This document shows positions 1 through 11,200 of a DNA stretch of 64,000 nucleotides, one piece after another. Numbering within the stretch: position 1 is the stretch's first letter; every line of letters begins with the position of its first letter. The DNA lies in the NCBI GenBank assembly GCA_016748015.1, contig JAAOMT010000372.1, positions 856,802 to 920,801 on the forward strand, in the 5' to 3' direction. The notes below the pieces were generated by a model, which was not told the origin of the DNA, searched no databases, and saw only the letters and a program-made list of their open reading frames with translations. Source of the stretch: Geosiphon pyriformis uo1 (lineage: Eukaryota > Fungi > Glomeromycota). The position numbers and the translations under genes were made by a program.

Positions 1-1540
1 TTTTAATATTTAATAAAATTAATATTATTGTTTTAAACACCACTTTTAAAACTAAATTAGTTAATTTTTCTTGACTTTATAATTTATAAAATAATATATA
101 ATTTGCCAAATTTATAATTAAATTTGCTTTTGTTTTTTGTTACTTAATTTTAAATATTGTTAAAATTATATAATTGTAATTTTTGCAATTTAAAAAGTTT
201 TTAATACTGTTGTGATTTAAGTCAATATCTTAATTAATTAAAATAAAAAAAAACTTTTATTAATCATTTAAAAAGTTGTTAAAACCAAAGTAAATAATAG
301 ATTAAATTTGAAATATCGAAGCAGTTAAAAAAGTTTTAATGTTTAACTTAATATATTTTTAACATAAATTCAAAAATTAATTTAATAATTAATTTAAAAA
401 AAATTAGCTTAATTAAAAATGTAATTAATAATTGAACAGCAAAATCAATTATAACAATATAATTTGTTTTCAATAAAATTATTAAAGCTTTTTTTACAAA
501 TATATTAAAAATTTATTTTTTTTAAAATAATAATAATAATTAACATTTAATTATTATACTTTATAATTAAAATAATTATTTTTAATTTTATAAAAAAATA
601 ATATAGCTGGTTATAATATTAAAAACAATAAAATTTATCACAACCTAATTTTATTTTTATTTTTTTTTAAAACATTAAAATTGATTACAACTTAATTTAA
701 TTAAAAACTATTTTCTGTCTTAAATTGCAATTAAATTTTTAAATCAAAAAATAGTATTTTTAATTGGAGTTATTTTTTTTTATGCTGTTTAAAAATTTTA
801 AAACCTCAAAGTAATATTTTATAATACATAAAAACTTGCGTATTTTTTAATTTTAAATGTATTAAAACATTAATTTTTTTTATAACATGAAAGATACTGG
901 CTAATCACGTGTCTAATGTAGGATAAATGGAAATAGTTGATAGTTAGATTACATTTGTAGGACATGGGGTGACTCTTTGGATTGTTTTGTGTTAGACATA
1001 AAAAAAAAAGATACAGTAATTAAATCAAAGGTTTTGTTTCTTTTAATAAATATTAAATAAATCAATTTTGTATTATCATTTACAGATTTTTTGTCATTAA
1101 TATAAAATAAATAATTCACATTCTGCCAAGATTTTTGAATTTTAAATTAATCTCGTTCATTTTTTATTAACTTTAATTTTTTTTGTTTTTTGTTTTTTCT
1201 ATTATTTAACATTGTTGCACTGATTTTAGTATTTTCAAGCTTTTTACTTATGACAATAAATAATTATCATTAATGTATTTATTTGGTATGGCAAAATTTT
1301 TAGTTATAAATTATTTATTGTGTATTGACAAACTTATTAATTTAAAAAGATTTAAATATTGCTGTGTTTTGTAATTGAAAACTAGGTTACTATTAAATCT
1401 ATTTTTGATATTTAGTCATTAAAATGAATTTTGTGATCGGCTGTTCCGTTTGATCACAAATAAATTATCCCATTTGCTTTCTAACTTTTTTTCTGCTGAA
1501 TCATTTCATCCCTAAAAAAACTCTTTTGAGCCTAAAAATT

Positions 1541-3057
1541 ATGATATCAGAGTTCTTTGGAAATTTATCGCGCGATTTTGAACAACTTCTCTATGATTTT
1601 GAAAGTTCAAATGTTATTCTTCAAGTTGGTGACCCCCCGGATAGTCGTGAGTTTCACGCTCACTTGAACATTCTTCGCGCACGATCACCATATTTTCGTA
1701 GTGCTTTCTCGGCAGACTGGATTAACAAGAAAAATAACGTAATTATTTTTAATAAGCCTAATATCGCACCAAAAATTTTTGAGTTGATACTAAAGTAAGG
1801 ATTTTGAGTGGAGGTGAATTTATCTCCCAATTATTTTGAAAGTCTTACTTTTGGGAGCTTGAATAATTATCTGAGAAGAAGAAATTTTTTATCAGATATA
1901 TTTATTCGGGGATAATTAATTTGACCAACTATGATGGGAAGAGCATTCTTGGGTTATTGGTTGCGGCCGATGAACTGCTGCTTGACGAAGTTATCAATTA
2001 CGTCCAAGAACATTTAATCGAGAACCGGAACAAATGGCTCTCAGAAAATTTAATTTTCGTTTTACACACTATTTTCCCACTACATTCATGCGAAAGGCTG
2101 CAAGAATATTGCCTGGAATATATTTGTGGAGATCCTAGGCCATTTTTTGAATCACAGAAATTTCCATCCTTGAATAAAGATATTCTTTTTACACTGCTTC
2201 AACGAGACGATCTCGGACTTGAAGAAGATTTGATTTGGGTCAACTTATTAAGGTGGGCTTGCGGACAATCATCTTCACTAGTTTCTCAAAAAGATATTTT
2301 GCAACAATGGTCCATTGAGGATTTTCAGACTTTAGGGAAAATATTGGCTCCGTGTTTGCCATTTATTCGATTTTTTGAAATATCGTCATCAGATTATTAT
2401 GATAAAGTGAGACCATATGAAAAAGCTCTGCCGACCAAATTATTGGACGAGATTATGGCCTTTCATATGAAAGGCCTAGAACCAAAGTTGGAATTACCAC
2501 CAAGAGTAGGATCCATCCGATTGGATTCTACAATTCTTACGTCCAGACATGTCGCTCTTCTGGCAAGTTGGATTGATCAAAAAGATCATCGATCGGCATT
2601 ATACAAAAGATCACCATATGATTTTAAATTGTTGTATCGTGCCAGTCGTGATGAGTTTAGTGTAACACAATTTCATCAAAAATGCAATAACAAAGGAGCC
2701 GCGGTGGTGGTTCTAAAAGTTCAAGATTCCATGAAAATAATAGGGGGTTATAATCCAATCGGCTGGGTAAGTAATATATTCGGATGGCGCGCCTCACCTG
2801 AAAGTTTTATTTTCTCTTTGGGGACAAGAATTGTCCATGAATTACCGCTCTTAAGTCGATTTCGTTCTATGAGTGGGCATGCAATTTTTGATGCTGATAT
2901 CGTGGGGCCCTATTTTGGAAGGGGGGATCTGTACGTCCATCATCCCAACTTGAGCACTTTCTCTTGCAAAAAACATAGCTACGAACATCAGATCATGGAA
3001 TCTACACGTAATTATAATGTCGAAGAAATTGAAGTTTTTCAAGTCATCAGAAAATAA
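1541..3057 (+). CDS. BTB/POZ-BACK-TLDc domain protein, 2 exons (1541-1794, 1896-3057), ~471 aa
   Basis: ATG at 1541. BTB motifs (VILQVG..FHAHLNILRARSPYF). Splicing GT at 1795 to AG at 1895 restores the typical ILKYIYSG motif. BACK-like middle (LLQRDDL..E..IW..LLRWA, IRFFEI). C-terminal TLDc (LLYRASRDEF..FHQKCNNKG, IGGYNP, SFIFSL, GPYFG, VEEIEVF). Confidence 0.93.
1795..1895 (+). other. Spliceosomal intron (101 nt, phase 2) in the BTB-TLDc gene
   Basis: AA|GTAAGG donor and TTTTTTATCAG|A acceptor; removal joins the two ORFs in frame. Confidence 0.9.
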
Positions 3058-3778
3058 GTCCTTTAAAAAAGCGTTTTCAGAATGTTTTGAGTTCACGTTA
3101 GAGTGAAGTTGCAACAAATAGTAAAGAATCTGCATTCTATAGAAGTATTATAATAAATAGGGTTAAGGAACATGTTAACATAATAAAATTACATTATACA
3201 GGAAGAATTGAGCTAGAATAATAAATTTACATTTTATATTCGATCAACTGGATAAATTCTTTAATGACCGTGATTCAGAGCAACTTGTTTACAACGCTTC
3301 GCACAAAATTAAAACATACCTTAGACTTATCAAGATGAAAATCAACGCGAGAATTGATGAACATTTTTTATATATAATTCCCTTAAACAAGTTTCCACGA
3401 GATGTGATATTCATTTTCTTTATAAGCTTTTTTTTTAAAAACTCAGAATCTAGGATTTGCAAAAAGGCGATCAATTCTACAATATAATGCTAATCATCTA
3501 AAGAAAGAATTAATTTGATTTTATATTTATAGGACATTCTATAAGAAATAATAAAATGAAAGTGTTTTTATTAAAAAATGTTCCTTAAATTTTGGCAAAT
3601 GCAACTTAAAAACAATCCCAATGAATCGAGGCTGATGTCCAAAGCTCTTTACTTTTCTAAAATTGTATATTTTTATCCCAGGTTTGGACTTCAAGGATAT
3701 AATCTTGGGAAATTTTTAACTTTCGGTCTTTCCTCGCTGAATTAGTTTTCTTTTCTGTTCTAGAGGTTTTCCTATAGA

Positions 3779-4363
3779 TTACCCACTTGTTCGTGTAGTC
3801 TCCCTTCGTGATTTTTGTAGTAGCCTGAGGTCATTAATAAATTTTCGTTCTCTCGTAATCAGATTTTGAAAAGAAGTGTCTAGTTTATCAAATTTTTGAT
3901 TTAAATTTTGCCATATTTCTTCATGAACTTTTACACTTTGATCGAAGCTCTTTTTGAACTCCCGCCGCTCTCGCTCGAATTCCTTGTTAAGAGCATCGAT
4001 TTTTTGACGATGATTCATTTTAGCGGTCCTATTATCTTTCGGACATGCTTGGTTTCGACGAATTTCCTTACTATTATTACTTTTACTTTCTTCTTCGCGA
4101 AGTCCTTTCCCTTTGGGCTGGCTATGAGTCTTTGAATCTTGTTCTTCTCCATTCATAGGCTGACCCGCTTTTAGGCCTGTTTGCTCTGGTAAATCCTTTG
4201 TTATTTTTCTCTCATTTCCCTTTTGAGCCGTCCGATAGCTTTCATAATAAGGACGCCCAAAAAAGGCTCCTACTCCAACGAGAGAAATACCGGCAGTAGC
4301 CGCTAATGCGAATGGATGACTTGAGAGCCCATGAACAAAGTGACGCACAATGTTGCTAAACAT
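3779..4363 (-). CDS. Hypothetical ~194-aa protein with N-terminal signal-anchor TM helix, charged linker and C-terminal coiled coil
   Basis: ATG at 4363 (MFSNIVRHF...). Hydrophobic segment FALAATAGISLVGVGAFFG, heptad-like C-terminus. The sequence retains CpG, unlike the TE-derived DNA. The longer 4552 start in the ORF track is non-ATG. Confidence 0.65.
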   Translation of the reverse strand: MFSNIVRHFVHGLSSHPFALAATAGISLVGVGAFFGRPYYESYRTAQKGNERKITKDLPEQTGLKAGQPMNGEEQDSKTHSQPKGKGLREEESKSNNSKEIRRNQACPKDNRTAKMNHRQKIDALNKEFERERREFKKSFDQSVKVHEEIWQNLNQKFDKLDTSFQNLITRERKFINDLRLLQKSRRETTRTSG

Positions 4364-6499
4364 CTTGGACGGAATGGATAACGACAACCAAAAGTAATGC
4401 GTGTCGTGAAAATAAAGTCTTAATGATGTTTGACAAAAAGAAGTAATTGTTATAAAAAGCTCGGGGGTTTTAGTAATGGTAAAGTAATATTCAGTTGTTA
4501 AAGGTCGTCCGATCTCATAATATAGTGCGACCGATTTAATCCTTATGAACAATGGACACTGCTAACTGCTATCGTGCCCATGCACATATGGCATAAAATA
4601 AAACCAGTGAATGGAAAGGAATTGACCAATATAGAAAGTTACCAGACGTCCTCTCAACAAAAAGAGGAATTAACAAATGCTGTCGAGGTTCCCTAAATAT
4701 TGTTGACAAATAAAATTTCAGATACATCAGGTTTTTTAATTCTTGTCATCTGTATTAATAAATGAGATTTAAACAAAACGAGCAAAATACGACATATTGA
4801 TGCAAAAGAAAACTTGACGAAATTTCTCTAGCGCGCATATTAGATTTTATTAGGAAACACTTATTAGCGCAAAACTTCCGCCATGATATAAAAGGTGCAG
4901 AATCGCAAGGTGACATGTAATTTATGATTCTTTTTGTAGCCAATCAATCTCAATTGATTTAACTTGGCATGAGTTAGAGAAAATTAGTTTTATATACCTA
5001 AATTTCTATGGCTGCAAGAAAGTGAACGTAACGTTATCACCAAAAGTGGCTTGGCTCATTGCAAAAAGAGGACAAATCTGCAGATCGTAGCACTAAGGCC
5101 ACTTTACGGCTTACAGTTTTCAGGTCATCTGTTGGCGGTGGAATCCACTACAGTACCACAAAGTCTGAGTTGCAGGTTTCTCTTTATGCAAAGAAAGGAT
5201 TAACATGGCTTTCAAAAGGCGACTGAAATGGTTCCAGCTGCATGGCTCCAAAAAAGAAAAAAAATCGGCTAAAAAACAATAAAAAAACTCAAGTGTAATT
5301 GTAAATAAATAAATAGCAGTCAAATAAAAATTATGTTGCTTCCATGCAACATACTGTGAATTGATGGAGTGCTTAAAAGTTTATTTGTTTTTGTAGTTAA
5401 ATCTTGTCTTTAAAAATATTTATTGTTAATGCAATTAGTAAACATAGTTTTTATCAAATGCCAAATTAAAGTAAAAAAGTCTGTTTGGATTATATGTCAA
5501 AATTAATAATGATTGGTTTTGCAAAAAAAGCCGCACAAATAAATTGTTTATGTTAATAATCTTTTTAAAAAATTTAATTACAGTATAAAAAATTTATTTT
5601 TAAAATAATTTAAATTTTTTAACATAATGCTTATTATTAATAATAATTTTAAATTGTTTTTAGAAAAGTATGATAATTTTATATTTTTAATCATAAATTA
5701 TTATTATTATTTTATGTTTTAACAAAGTGTAATTTTACCAAAAACTTATAATATTTTCACTTCTAAAAATAAAATTATAAGTTTAATATATCTTTTTTAT
5801 AAATTATTTAGATCTAAACCAATAAATACTTATTTGTTTTTTAACTTAATTCTTTAATTTTACCAAAATATTCAACAAAAATCTGCTTATTTTTAACAAG
5901 TTTTTGCAATTGTTTTTTAATTACATTTTTATTAAACTTAATCTTATTTTTTATTATAGTATATATCTTATAAATTCTTTACAATTAATAACAATTAATT
6001 TATGAACTTTAAAACTACTTATATAAAATAAATAAGTTTTTTTTGTCTTTAAATTAAATAAAGTGTTTAAATATAAAAATAATTAAATTAATAATATATT
6101 TAATTTAAGCTTTTACAAAAGCAAGATAATTTTTAATGTTTATAATAAAATTAATTTTAACAGTTAAAAAAATAATTAAATCTACCAAAAAATTAATATT
6201 TATAAACATAAATTTAATAACAACAAATAAATTTTGCAACTTAAATTTTAAAAAAATTAATTTAGTTTTAAATGTTTTATTATTAAAACAACCAGAACAA
6301 TTAAAATAAAACATTATCAAAAAACAATAAATTTAAACAAAAACTTAGTAAATTAATTAACAAAAATTTTAAATACAACAAAAAAATTAAAAAAAATTAA
6401 TAATTAAAAATAATATTAAAATTAATACTTTATATAAAAACCATATTTGATAAAAAAATTTTATTTATTAATATAAATATTAAAACTTAAATTATTTAA

Positions 6500-7188
6500 T
6501 TTTTTTATTATTAAAGTTTAATAAATGCAGTCCAATTGCTATCTAGTATACAGAACCAAAACTAAAAGTTCTAGCTAAATACAATTTACATTCTTTTTAC
6601 ATATAACCAGTTACTTAGACCAATCAAAAACACACTATACAAATACTTTAAAAAAAAACTTATCCAAAAAAACATTCTTTAAATAATTTTAAACAATATA
6701 GCACTATTAAGAACCAAGCTTATTAATCATTCAGCTATTTTAAAAACATTAAACTTAATATTAGCTAGTTCATGTTTTTAAAGTAACAATAAATTAAAAA
6801 ACATATTATTATTAATAGCAGACAAATTTACATAAAAACCAAACATGTTAATAACTTTATAACTATATTTATTTTTTAGGACAATTATATCTTGTTTTAG
6901 TTTACTTACAGCTTTGTTAAAAATACTTATATGTATTAAAACCTTATTAACTTTTAGACTAAAAACACTGTTTAATACAAGATTACTTTTAATAAACTGT
7001 TCAAATACAATAACCAATATACTAATAGGCTTAATAATTAATTTGATTAAAACCAACAACTTAACCAAATTAGATTTCAAAGATACCAGCTAAAAAAAAT
7101 TAAAAAATTATTAACAACCATAAAAAAAAAACAAAAGCCATCAAAAAAAGAAATTCAGAAAAATTTGAAAGAACAAAGGCCTTAACAT
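6500..7188 (-). mobile_element. 3' part of a degenerate ORF1-only non-autonomous LINE (half-LINE), interrupted by the LTR element
   Basis: 6520-6640 reverse-complement matches the LINE 3' UTR at 50350-50470 (TTTGATT.GTC.AAGTAACT...AATTGGACTGCA). ORF 6778-7080 resembles the C-terminal coiled coil of the 59782-60909 protein. Confidence 0.7.
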
Positions 7189-8163
7189 TGTTACCAGACA
7201 AAATTAGAGATATTATTTAGCATGAAATTATCTTATAATTCCTATCATTAATTAGCATATATTATCGTTGCAAATAATCACTTATTACATTAGCAAAAAT
7301 GTCCGAAATTATCATTTAATTAATAACCCAAATTGTACACAAAAACAAATATAACCTAATTGTAATGATCAATCATGCAATACTCCGAACTATGTAACAT
7401 TCAGAAGTTCACCGAAATTTGTAGAAATTTACTGAAATAATTGATAGTTCACTGAAATATTTAATAGTTCGCCGAAATAACTTGTAGTTCACCGAAATGT
7501 ATCTTTAGTTCAGCAAAATTATAGAAAATAGCAAAGTTCAAGTTCATAGAATAGTGTTACAACAAGTTGTATAAAAGAAGAGCTTCTCTTTTCGAGAAAA
7601 TGTATCTTACTTTAGATTTATCTCTTAAAACCGTTTCTATACACACAAAAAGAAATAAATATCAAATAATTCGAAAAACCAAATTCTTTAATTATTGTAC
7701 TTGGAAAATTCCCAAAACCCAATTAACATTTTGAAATTGATTAGCTACCAATTTCAGTAAACTGTTAATGACTCCAGGCCTGGATAGAAAACGTTTCTCT
7801 TGACAAAAATTCTATTTCTTTCTTTTATTTTTCTTTTATTTTCTTATCATAATCATTAGAGTAACCTACAGACGAGATTCTTGTAGAAGAGTTGACTTTC
7901 ACAGCAAAGTAACTACATATTTTTAGTGAGCTTCCAGATGAACAATTCCTGGGAAAGAGTTGACGTTTACTACAACGTAACTACATAAAGTAACTGGCAA
8001 GGAATTGACTATTCCACTTATAAGCCCAGCAGTTCAAATTATAGGAGATAATTTGAAGATAAATTCAGTTATTGGAGGTTCAACTACATCCAGAAAACGT
8101 GAATTTACAACAAACAGGCATTAACAACATTTAAAAAAAAGAGACCAAAAACCTCCAGTAACA
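7189..8163 (+). repeat. 5' LTR of element A
   Basis: Direct repeat of 16047-17021 with TG...CA ends. Internal ~20-bp repeats AGTTCACCGAAAT at ~7400-7515. Confidence 0.97.
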
Positions 8164-8165
8164 TT

Positions 8166-8177
8166 TGGTGCTCTCCC
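8166..8177 (+). promoter_or_regulatory. tRNA primer-binding site of element A (TGGTGCTCTCCC)
   Basis: TGG begins 2 nt after the LTR end and is complementary to a tRNA 3' end ...GGGAGAGCACCA. The tRNA species was not determined. Confidence 0.8.
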
Positions 8178-8205
8178 ATGAAAATAACACAGCAACAAAT
8201 TCAAA

Positions 8206-11200
8206 GTGGCGACTGCCTTAGACATCACAACCTTATAGTACTATCAATCGATTTACACACACTGCAAACAACGATTTGAAATACACGACGAAATCATAGT
8301 TTTCAAGAAAACACTTTTTTAATACATCAAAAATCGAATCAATGACTATCTCTTTGGGAACTATAACATTACAACAGTTAAAAGAGATCTTCTTGAGAAC
8401 ATATTACACTATTCCAACACTGAATCAGAAAACATTAGTGCTGAAGCTTGTGCTACTTATTTTGAGGAACTCGATTATAATATCATTTGATTCTGTGAAG
8501 AAAAATATCTTGCAAATGCACAATTTGCCTTTGAACTCGAATCTGAACCTAAAACCAGTAGCAACAAAAGACAAAAAGATAACCGACCTGTTCATACAAC
8601 ACCCAATACTCCCAAAATATCATTCAAACATTTACAAACACCTGAACAAGGAACCAGCTCAAAACTTTCACTTACTATTACACCTTTTCCAGCTTTACTT
8701 GCACAAGCCCAAACACTTAATTCATCTTTGAATCGATTTGCAAGACCAGAAGATTTTACATCACTCAGAAGTCCTACCAGACAACAAGAACCCTTTCAAA
8801 CTAGTTCTAATCTCCTTGATTTTCTAGCTGAAAACCAAAGTGAACACTCTGAGACAGCAGCAAATGAAGACAACAACTCTGAAATAACCGAAGAAGAATC
8901 AATAGACAGTGAAAATGAAGAAGACGAAATGACAACATACATTGCAAAAATCCCTGAATTCAATGGAGAAGATATTGAGACCAGTCCCCAAGAATGGCTC
9001 GATCAAGTTACTAAAGCTGGAGATGCAAATGAATGAAATGCTGCCAGAATGTTAAGAACAATTCCCTACTTTCTCAAAGGAACAGTAGGAGAATGGTTTG
9101 AAAACCTTGCCGCCCCATTTAATGATTGGAACGCTTTCAAAGCAGCCTTTCTTGAACAGTTCACTGACAATAATACCTCTATCACTCTTCGCAATCATTT
9201 TCGAAATATCAAACAAGAACCCTTCGAATCTGTTATGACTTATATTGGAAAATTTAACAAACTTCTCAGATGGATTTGCCAACTCGAGACAAACGATTAT
9301 TATTCCGATGCTCAAATCTTGAATCAATTTATCGCTGGTCTAAAAGATAAACTAATTAAAAAGGTTCACCCACACACACCAGAAAATTTAAACTCTGCCA
9401 TATAGCATGCGAAAAGATACGAAATGGCCATGGAAAAGGCCAATTGTACAAAACTTGTAAATTTGGCAATTGAAAAAACCAGCTCGGCAGCTGAGAAAAA
9501 AATTGACCAACTCACAAAGAAGGTCGAAAACTATTTTACCAACCAACAACAACAACAACTCCAAAGATATCAACCACCCCAAAGATGAAATCAAAATAAC
9601 TTTGCACCACTTTCCAATAACCAGCCCCAAAATTGCCATTACAGTGGAATCTTTGGCCACTGGAAAAGAGATTGCAGAAAGCTACAGCAAGACCAACAAA
9701 ACAGGGGTAATCAACATTACTCTCCACCACAGCAATCTTACTATCAACCATCACTACCAGCTTACTATCCACCAAGACCCCAATACCAAAATAACTATTA
9801 TCAGCCCACTTCACAACCAATCCAACAGCAATACCAACAACCACCCACACAATATTATCAAGTACCTACTCGAAGACTGATTACACAAAATCAATTCACA
9901 CCACAAAACCGATACCAAGTAAACAACAATAGAATTAGTTCGAACAACCAATTGGTTCCCCAAAATTCCACTCAACCAAGATCCAACCACTACCACACTC
10001 AACCCAGTTATTTAACAATGCCAGAAGAACAGGATTTTCACTATACTGCACTCTCAGAAGGTAGAACTGCAGCACAACAACAACAAAACCCTTCTCATAA
10101 TCACACCACTATTCCACCAGCCTGAATTGCTGAAAACGCCAATCTCTCTGATATCTTTCCTTTTGAATTTGAAGCAAATGAATCACCATTCTTGCTTAGC
10201 AATGCAGCGGCTAATGAGCAAAAAGCCATCACTGCAATGTACACAGAAGCTGAAGTAGAAGGAAAGCCAATTTGCTTGATCCTAGACAGTGGATCCGCCA
10301 GAAGTATTATCACCTACCAGTTAATGCAACAGTTGAAAAGAAATGTTGACTGACCAGCTCAAATAATAATCGTTACTGCCGATGACATGAAAAAGACACC
10401 AGTAGGAGAAATTGACAATTTTCCATTCACTCTTGATGGAATCACCATTCCAGTCAAAGTTCTTGTAATGGATACACCCCAGTACTAAGCTCTCATCAGA
10501 AATAATTGGTTTCAAAAAGCCAATGCTAATCTAAATTGGGAAACACAAGAGTTAACAATCTCCTACCAAGGACAACACGCCCGGGTACCTGCCATTTGTA
10601 GTACATTCAACAAACACTCTGAAAAAGCCCCGGCTTTTGAATTTGAACCAGAAGAAGAAAAACCAATAATCGAAACATTCATGGCTCTTGGATCAATGTC
10701 CAACTGGGCCGATGAAACAGAACAAGAACATTTTACTCTACACACTAAACCTGAAACCTTTGGATAGAATATACCTTACTCAAAACCCGAACCAAAGAAA
10801 CAATACCCCTATATTCTCCTTAAATGTAAGGACTGCCACAAAAAACTATTGTCAATGGGAGCCTGCATTTCACCTGAAGAAGAATATGAGAATCATATTT
10901 GTTATTACTGCAAGGCTTGCCACAGAGAGTGATGGGGCCATCTAATAAAAAGGAATGGAAAATGGGACAACACCTCTTGTTTGACTTGTGGAGATATACT
11001 ACCGGAAGAATGCAATTAGATTGATGTAGCAATGAGAGGAAGCATCTGTGATCAGACCTGCCAATATGCTTTATCAATTTCAGAAAAAGTAAAAAGAGGA
11101 ACACCCTTTAATGCAGCATACAACAGTGCTCTCAACAAACTTTATCACTACCCTCATGATGCTGAGATGATTTTTGACCTAGCAATAGCATTAATTAATG

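Noticed and set aside
4364-4552. N-terminal extension of the minus-strand ORF
   Set aside because: Non-ATG start; the region looks like promoter/5' UTR, with a TATA-like TATATTAT near 4520.
6105-6320. Short K/I/N/F-rich ORFs in AT deserts (also 3289-3474, 49489-49677)
   Set aside because: Compositional artefacts of very high AT content.
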